A stretch of 25,606 bases of DNA. It comes from Saprolegnia diclina VS20 (Eukaryota). The notes under the pieces were generated by a model. The model saw nothing but the letters and a program-made list of their open reading frames with translations. It ran no database searches and was not told the DNA's origin. Positions 19,062 through 25,606 of this stretch are shown in pieces; positions within the stretch are counted from its first letter, which is position 1; the number at the start of each line of letters is the position of its first letter. Where the stretch lies: the NCBI RefSeq assembly GCF_000281045.1, contig NW_008246071.1, positions 495,912 to 521,517 on the forward strand. The letters run 5' to 3'. The translations under genes were made by a program, and so were the position numbers.

Positions 19062-19844
19062 TTATTGGAGTGTTTTACTGGGTTTCATCTCGCCATTTTC
19101 CAAGATCCGACTGTCTTGGAGCACTGTCACAGTGTCGTCAAGGCTGCCCAAGAGATTGCTGAGGGCAATCGGCATCGCTGTCATCGTGTCGAGTCTGGCC
19201 ACGCGGATTCGGTAAAGTGAAAGTGCTTTACGAGAGGCAGGTGTAGCACCTGACCGATTAGCCGCTTTGAGAGGTGGTGTTGGTCAGCCGCCTGGGGGAA
19301 AAGGACCGCCACGGACCGCCACGACAAGCCCAGGTGAATGGTGGTCGAGACGCGAAGGATTGTCGTCTCTTCGACGCAAATAGTGTCAATTCGCGGTGGC
19401 TCCATCTCGGTCGTTGCATACAGTGCATGCGCGAGACGCCATTGTTCCCATAGCTTCTCCACACGGGCCTACGTACGAGCCTCCCTAGGCCTATGCATTT
19501 GAGCTTGAACGCACCTCGCCTTGGAAGACCAAGTTGGGCTCAATGATAGCGTTGACAAGCGCGACTTGTTGCTCGTGCAGATCCGGCTGGTGCGGAGCAT
19601 ATCCCGAGCGAAAGAGGCGAAAGTACTCGAGCACGATGCCCACCTCGGGCTCGTGCAAGCGCAATACGCAACGTTCGAGGATTTCGATGCGACCTTGGCA
19701 GCGTGCAATGTCGTGCGCCAGCTCCGTCACCTCCAAGACCCGAGTGGCATTGATGTCTTGCAACTTGAGACGGTAGCGCTGCTGGTTGATGCGCACTTGG
19801 GCGCGCCGCCGGAGCATTTTCTCCGAGGCGCGGGGGGAGTTCAT
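19062..19844 (-). CDS. Oomycete-type bZIP transcription factor with C-terminal family domain; apparent frameshift near 19203
   Basis: RRRAQVRINQQRYRLK basic region and zipper; IVLEYFRLFRSG; intron 19469-19514; LWEQW...; the last segment VARLDT...LLGSLDDTVTVLQDSRI...* is in a different frame. Confidence 0.78.
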
Positions 19845-20588
19845 GGCGTGTACAAAGTCATTGTGCCCCGGCGATTCAACGCCCCAGGCGTTATTGTGTC
19901 GCCAGGTCTTGGGCAAAACTTCGAAACAACTGGACATGAGCGTGATCGCGTCAGGTTGATTGAAGCAAATCGCATGCATGAAAGTAACTGGTGAAGGGAG
20001 CACTCGATGCTGAACCTTGCTTGCTGCACCAAGCCAGCGAGCGTCCGACCTCGAGTTGCAATGGCCATGAAACAACGCGACGACTTGGCGTGGTATTACT
20101 ACGTAACGCTCCAATCTCGTCTTACGTCAGTCCAACCGTGCACTTCTCGCTCTGTTTACTCGCGGGCAACTGCTACCTTGGAACTCTGATGATCCCTTGC
20201 GTGGCAGATTGATGGTTATTGGTACTGGTACTTGCAGCAGAGATCGCTCCCATCATTGCCGTGGGTTGGGTTCGCTCTGACGCCGGATCACTCATCATCT
20301 TGTGGCGTTGATCGAGGACCGCAGAATGGACCACAAGGCTATCGAAAGAAGCCACTCGCTAGCGCTGGTCACGCCGCCGCAGCAACACCGGCTTCCGTTC
20401 AAACCAATGGGACCCGAGTTGGGACCCACGTCGCCAAGTGCTACGTACGTGGCGTCGTCATGGGTGCAGGAGCAAGTCACTAGAGAGTGACGGACACTGA
20501 AACATATACCATTGCTCAATTGTAGGTCACATGTATGATTCATCGATGCCATCTTATTGCTCGTCTTATGCATAAATAGAGGCAAGGC

Positions 20589-20963
20589 CTACAGCATCGG
20601 GATCTCGGTCGTCGAAGTAATTTCGGTCGCATCTTCAAGTGTCTCTTTCGGTTCGTCAACTTGTCTTGGGTGGGTCCTTGCCAGCATCGCGCCGAGAAGG
20701 ACCGACGCAACACCGACGCAGCCAAAGAGGGTGAAGCCGAGACTGTTGTCCATGCTAACAAAGGTAGTGGAAATCGCATCCGGTAGCCTCGGTATATGTG
20801 TCCGCCGCACAGCGCCATGCTTGATCTCAATATCGGATTCTCCGCTCCGCGCCGACTCTGAGGCATCCGACTCGGTGTGCAGATTTGTGTCCAGGACGGG
20901 GTTGTGCGCATGCACACCGGTGTACACGAGACCAACGAGCACGAGCAGCAAGCGACGCAACAT
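20589..20963 (-). CDS. Small single-pass membrane protein of unknown function (124 aa)
   Basis: Signal peptide MLRRLLLVLVGLVYTGVHA, one TM (LGFTLFGCVGVASVLLGAMLA), acidic tail ending TTEIPML. Confidence 0.6.
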   Translation of the reverse strand: MLRRLLLVLVGLVYTGVHAHNPVLDTNLHTESDASESARSGESDIEIKHGAVRRTHIPRLPDAISTTFVSMDNSLGFTLFGCVGVASVLLGAMLARTHPRQVDEPKETLEDATEITSTTEIPML

Positions 20964-21112
20964 TTGCACTGCGAGCTAGCATCACTCATGCGCCGCATCG
21001 ACCGTTGGGATTAGGGGACCAACCGCCCTCGTAACTTCGAGTCGGGGCGGCGGAGAACATCCAGGCTAACGGTTGAGCAGCCACGCGAGCGCGTCAAGAC
21101 AGCCAACGTCGC

Positions 21113-21878
21113 TTATTCAACGTAGTCAAAGTCGTCGGGGATGCCCAGCCATTTCTCGACCTACGCAGATAAGAGATGCGTGAGGTCGCATGGGGTGGAC
21201 GAAGGGGACCTCGGCCGACGAGCACGAATTCTTCTTGATGACCCACGACTTCAAGTTGAACACATTGTCTGTATACAGCATGTCTTTGGCTGCCACAATG
21301 AAAAGCACCAAGCACGCACCTGTCCAGCGGTCGACGCCTTCCTTGGCCATCTTGGCCTTGGCATCTGCAAGCGCTTCCTGAGCCAGCGTATTCAAGGATG
21401 CACAGTACGCACCTAGCTTCTTCAAGAGGTCCGGGTCGTTCTCCTGGAGCAACGCAATCTTCTTTTGCATCTCGTCGGCTTGGCTCTTGAGCGCGCTGAG
21501 CTTGGCGAGACGCTCGGCCCGGTCGTCGGACTGCGTCTGGAGACTCTTGTGCTTCTCGACCGACGACTGGACGTGCGTGAGCTTGGCGCGGAGGTCGTCG
21601 CGCCGCGCCTCGAGGTCCTCGAGCTTGCGCTTGCGCTGCTGCACGGCCTTGCTCGGGAAGGACCAAAAGTAGTTGCCGGCGCCGATCTTGTCCGTGTCGA
21701 CGAGGTTGTCGTCGAGCAGCGCCTGGTTGACGTCCTTGATGGTCTGCAGCACGACGCCGGCCTTGGAGCCGAGCTTCTCGACCTCCTTGAGGTTGAAGAC
21801 GTCCAGCGACTCGTGGTAGATCTTGAGGATCCGCTCGCGCTTCTCGTCGAGGGACACGCCCTTCTTGCGCTTGCTCAT
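21113..21878 (-). CDS. MND1: Meiotic nuclear division protein 1, 3 introns
   Basis: MSKRKKGVSLDEKRERIL, FNLKEVEK, QTIKDVNQALLDDNLVDTDKIGAGNYFWSFPS, DRWT|DNVFNLKSW and LGIPDDFDYVE*. Confidence 0.96.
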
Positions 21879-22520
21879 CTCCGTGGAATCCCAAACCCGG
21901 ACTTTTCCCGGACCAACGCCTTGACCAATCACAACGCGCCATTCGCGCCTGCTTGGTCAATCGCGCTCACCGAGTCTCTCGAGACTTGGATTTCGACATC
22001 CGCTAGTTCTAACTATGTATTGCTACTGCGACGCTGGCAAAATGACGTCTCAGTGTCGACAGCTTGTCCAACGACCGTTGGGAAAAGACTGAGATATGTA
22101 TTGGATCTTATTCTGCCTTGCTCGGGGAAGTACACGCGTCGGCCGCGGACTGTGCCATCGAAGCTCAATCGCGTCGCGGTGGCCGCCTTGGGTGCCGATG
22201 GTACAGTGCGTCGCCGACGCCTTCTCTTGCCGCGGCAACGGCGCAAAAGAAACTCGGTGGTTCACATGACAAGGCAGCAAGTCTTTGCATTTGTGATCTG
22301 ACTTCACGAGGTACATGTACTAGGCTCCATGCGCGACGGTTTACTCCGACGCCACCCGATGGGTGTCCTCATCGCCTTTCACTCATACCTGCTCTAGGAT
22401 CGCCCGGGCTCGCACCCGACAGCGTTATCACAGTTCGATGCTCCGTCAAATACGATGCCTCCAGCAGTTGGCGACAAAAGCCACCACAAAAACGCAGAGC
22501 AAGTGTCGAAAAGTGAAAAT

Positions 22521-24906
22521 CTACTTGGTAATAATGGGCGTAAACATGGAGAAGGGCTCTTCTTCCTCGTCGGCCACGTCGTGGCGTCCGTTCACGCGCT
22601 GCACCTGGCGCGGCGCAACGACGCTCGGCGTCGTCGGCTCGAGAATGATCTCGCTTGCATACGACGCCGACGGCGGCGATGCTTCGTACTGCATGCGGTG
22701 CACCTCGTGCTCGGCGTCCACGGCCGCGACCGCATCGGGCATTGTCGTCGCGTAGCGTTCGCGGAGGCAGTTGCTGCGCGGGTCAAAGGCCAGCGGAATG
22801 GACCCGAGCGTACCATCGAACCGGTTCTTGCGAATGTCGAGCTTCATCTCGCCCTTGATGCGCTGTAGAATGAGCACGTTGTCGGCCTCCTGCGTCGCCT
22901 TGGCCGTGCCAAAGACGGACGAGAGACTCAAGTCGGTATCGTCTTGCTCCTTGCGCGGGTGCACGACGAGGGTTATGTGCACGTTTTTGGCTGACGCAAA
23001 CTTGCGAAACTAGGAATGTATCAATGTATCAGTAAAAATACGCAGAAGAAAAATATAAAAAATGAAACATCACCTTGTCGAGCGCTGCGTCTTGGCGCTC
23101 GAATTTGTCGTACCCGCGGCCTTGCCCCGACATCATAAACTGAATGTTGTCGAGGAGGATGTGCTGCACGTCGTACGCGTACACGGCGTACTCCATCGCG
23201 TCAAGGACCTCGTCCACATCCGTCGAGCCAAAGAAGCGTAAAAAGTACATGGGCAGCTGCTCGAACGCGTCCGCCGTCTTTTCAAAGAGCGGCAGGTTGC
23301 AAGCAAGGGGCTCGCCCGCCATCTGCGTGAGCATCTTGTGCACGAGGCGCGTGTTCTTAATCTCAAACGAGCCCCAGAGCGTACTCACCCCCTGTGCGCA
23401 CCTACATCATCACCACAGTCAGCGGTATCTTTGTGGCGTAAGACTACCAGTCGATCGATAGCTGGCTGAGCAGCGTCGTCTTGCCACAACCGGTTGGGCC
23501 CGTGAGCACAGTGACTTCGCCGTTCCGGAAACCCTTCATGTACGAGTTGAGGGCCGGGAGCGTCCGCGACTGCACACCACTCGCACGCAGTGGGTTCAAG
23601 AGCTCTTCGAGCACCTAGGACAGAAATGGCCGTAGGAATAGCATGAGACGCAGGGTATATTACGTCGCGCCGGAGTTGATCAAAAGTTGCGATCTGCGCA
23701 TGCGGCTTGCGCTCGGCCTTGTCGATCGCCGACTGGAGGTTCATCTCCGAGAGGAGCGCGTCGTTGGCGTCTTTCGCTTGGGACCGCACAATGTACGTAC
23801 GCTGGACGCCGAGCTTGAGCGCAAACTTCTCGACGCTGTCTTGGCCGTGCACATCGCTGTCCATCCAGAGGTAGATCGTGTTGAAGCGCTCGAGGAGGGG
23901 CAACACGGCCGGGGGCAGCGACCGGCACCCGTTCGGGAGAGAGACCGCCGGGAGCCCCGTGGCTTGGTGCACGGCCATCGCGTCAAACTCGCCCTCCGTG
24001 AGGACGATCGAGGTCGCAGCCGTAGGCACCGTGTTCCACCCAAAGAGGCCCCACGACCCGCCTTTCGGTACGAGCCGCTGCTTGGATTTGTCGTCGATGG
24101 CACGCACTTTGAGGCGCACGACGTTGAACCGGTTGGCGTCACCAGCCACCGCAGTCGTGTCGGCCTCGACGCCCATGAGCGAGAGATCCGAGTCGCGGGC
24201 CATCCAAGGAAACGTAGCGCACCACTTGTGCGACTGCGTCTCGCCGTCGTAGAAGGGCTGCTCGATCGCACCGACGCAGTACTTTTTGAGCACCTCGGGC
24301 GACAAGCCGCGCGTGCTCGTGAGGTAGTCGAGGACGTGCTTGCAGTCGTCGTCGTCGTGCAAGTTGCGCTGAAGCGCGATCGACTTAGCGTTGTCGAGCA
24401 CTGAGATGACCTTGGGCTCGTCATCGGTGTAGCGCGCCGAGTCGGCGTAGCCCATCGCGGCTGGCACAACATCGTTGCCACCGAGCTACGCATTGCGTGT
24501 GGTTTTGGCCGTGGGATCACGCCAAGATGCATACCTTTTGGCGAAAGGCAAACCAGCTGCCGCTCGCGCCGCAGCGGTGGCAGAGGTACACGCCATTGGT
24601 CTTGGCGACGTAGAGCTTGAAGAGGTTGTCTGGTCGGCCCTTGGTCGCATGGCAGAACGGGCAGTCGCGCACAATGTAGTGCGTCGGCGTCTCCTTGAGT
24701 GCGAGGCCCTTCCGACGCAAGAAGTCGTCGATGACCGTGTGATCGTCCATCTCGTAGTATTTGGAGACAAAAGTCTTGGCGCTCGGCGCGCTGAGGTGGC
24801 GCTGAGAAGACGCGCAGAAGGGTCCGTGGCCAGCGAGGCGCATGGGCGAGTACCGCTGGAGCAGGCCTGCGCGGAGGAGGCGCGTCGTCGAGAGCACGCG
24901 GCGCAT
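22521..24906 (-). CDS. TWNK: Twinkle mitochondrial primase-helicase (T7 gp4-like), about 4 introns
   Basis: Presequence [14 protein letters not shown]; zinc finger CPFC...[30 protein letters not shown] and KDAND; SF4 helicase [48 protein letters not shown] and KNRFDG. Confidence 0.96.
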
Positions 24907-24937
24907 GCTGCTGGCCGGTCTGGAATTCTTTTTTTGA

Positions 24938-25143
24938 CCAATGAAATTGAGGAATTTTGTCCAATCAGAGCGAGGTTGAACTTGGGTTTCGATTGGCGCC
25001 AACAAGTTGGATCGATGCGGTAGGGAGCGGACGAGGGCCGCTTGTAGAAGGGACCAATGCGCGAGATGAGCTTTTCTGTCGGAGACAACGTCACCGTCAT
25101 ACTGTTGATGCTATAAAACCAGCTCCGGACCGAAACGACCAAT
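24938..25143. promoter_or_regulatory. CCAAT-box cluster upstream of Twinkle
   Basis: CCAAT at 24938, 24961, 25054 and 25139; ATTGGCGCC at 24992. Confidence 0.45.
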
Positions 25144-25315
25144 CGGTGCGGATGTCAAATGTGATAAGGTTGGTTGGGCGAACGAGGTGAATGGACAAGG
25201 TTTTTTTATTCAGGCATGCAGTTATTCAATATAGCTAGCTATACGAAGCGGACAGGATTCTTATAAAGGTTGTGCCATAGCCACTGTGGGTATTTTGGTG
25301 ACGCTGCAGGCGAAT

Positions 25316-25606
25316 TCACACGGACAACAAAGCCCGCGTTGGGTAGTCGGGGGCACGCGTGGGGTAAGGAAGCGGGGGCTGCGTTGGGTACGGTGGCACC
25401 GGCGTGGCTGTCGTTGGGGCAGGAGTCGCCGTAGTGGGTTGAGGAGTTACGGTTGTCGGCACGGGAGTCACTGTAGTCGGCACGGGCGTCACCGTAGTGG
25501 GTCGTGGAGTCACAGTGGTTGGCTGCGGTGTCACCGTCGTCGGCACAGGTGTCGCCGTAGTCGGCTGCGGTGTCACTGTCGTTGGGGCAGGCGTCACTGT
25601 CGTTGG
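25316..25606 (-). CDS. 3' end of a second mucin-like paralog (runs off the window end)
   Basis: TTVTPxP heptads followed by PPYPTQPPLPYPTRAPDYPTRALLSV*; nearly identical to the reverse complement of 16120-16302. Confidence 0.9.
   Translation of the reverse strand, partial: PTTVTPAPTTVTPQPTTATPVPTTVTPQPTTVTPRPTTVTPVPTTVTPVPTTVTPQPTTATPAPTTATPVPPYPTQPPLPYPTRAPDYPTRALLSV

Noticed and set aside
20000..20500. Possible small or degenerate membrane-protein gene
   Set aside because: Hydrophobic fragments are interrupted by stops and I could not build a consistent splice model.
21960..22500. Short Arg-rich ORFs between MND1 and Twinkle
   Set aside because: No convincing start, motif or codon bias.
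22521..24906. Phage or viral insertion (T7 gp4-like gene)
   Set aside because: Has spliceosomal introns, a mitochondrial presequence and host codon usage; ordinary nuclear Twinkle.

Overview
Gene-dense eukaryotic genomic DNA, most likely from an oomycete of the Saprolegniales (Saprolegnia-like). This rests on GC3-rich exons, many 43-60 nt GT-AG introns, oomycete Inr/FPR-like core promoters, elicitin-like and oomycete-type bZIP genes, and a squalene synthase. Left to right: a partial gene fusing a PH domain to a 'pathogen-related protein' domain (-), PGK with a probable mitochondrial presequence (+), an elicitin-like GPI protein (-), intron-rich MSH5 (+), an orphan KEN/D-box protein that looks securin-like (-), squalene synthase (+), a FYVE-TBC RabGAP (-), a secreted Cys-module/Pro-Thr mucin (+), a near-perfect 795-bp inverted duplication carrying two divergent GST genes, a bZIP with an apparent frameshift (-), a small single-pass membrane protein (-), MND1 (-), Twinkle primase-helicase (-), and the 3' end of a second, inverted mucin paralog (-). 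The best leads are the securin-like orphan with its cell-cycle-type promoter, the PH fusion missed by the ORF track, and the two nested inverted duplications. Exon boundaries were read by eye and family assignments are from motif recognition only, without database searches.
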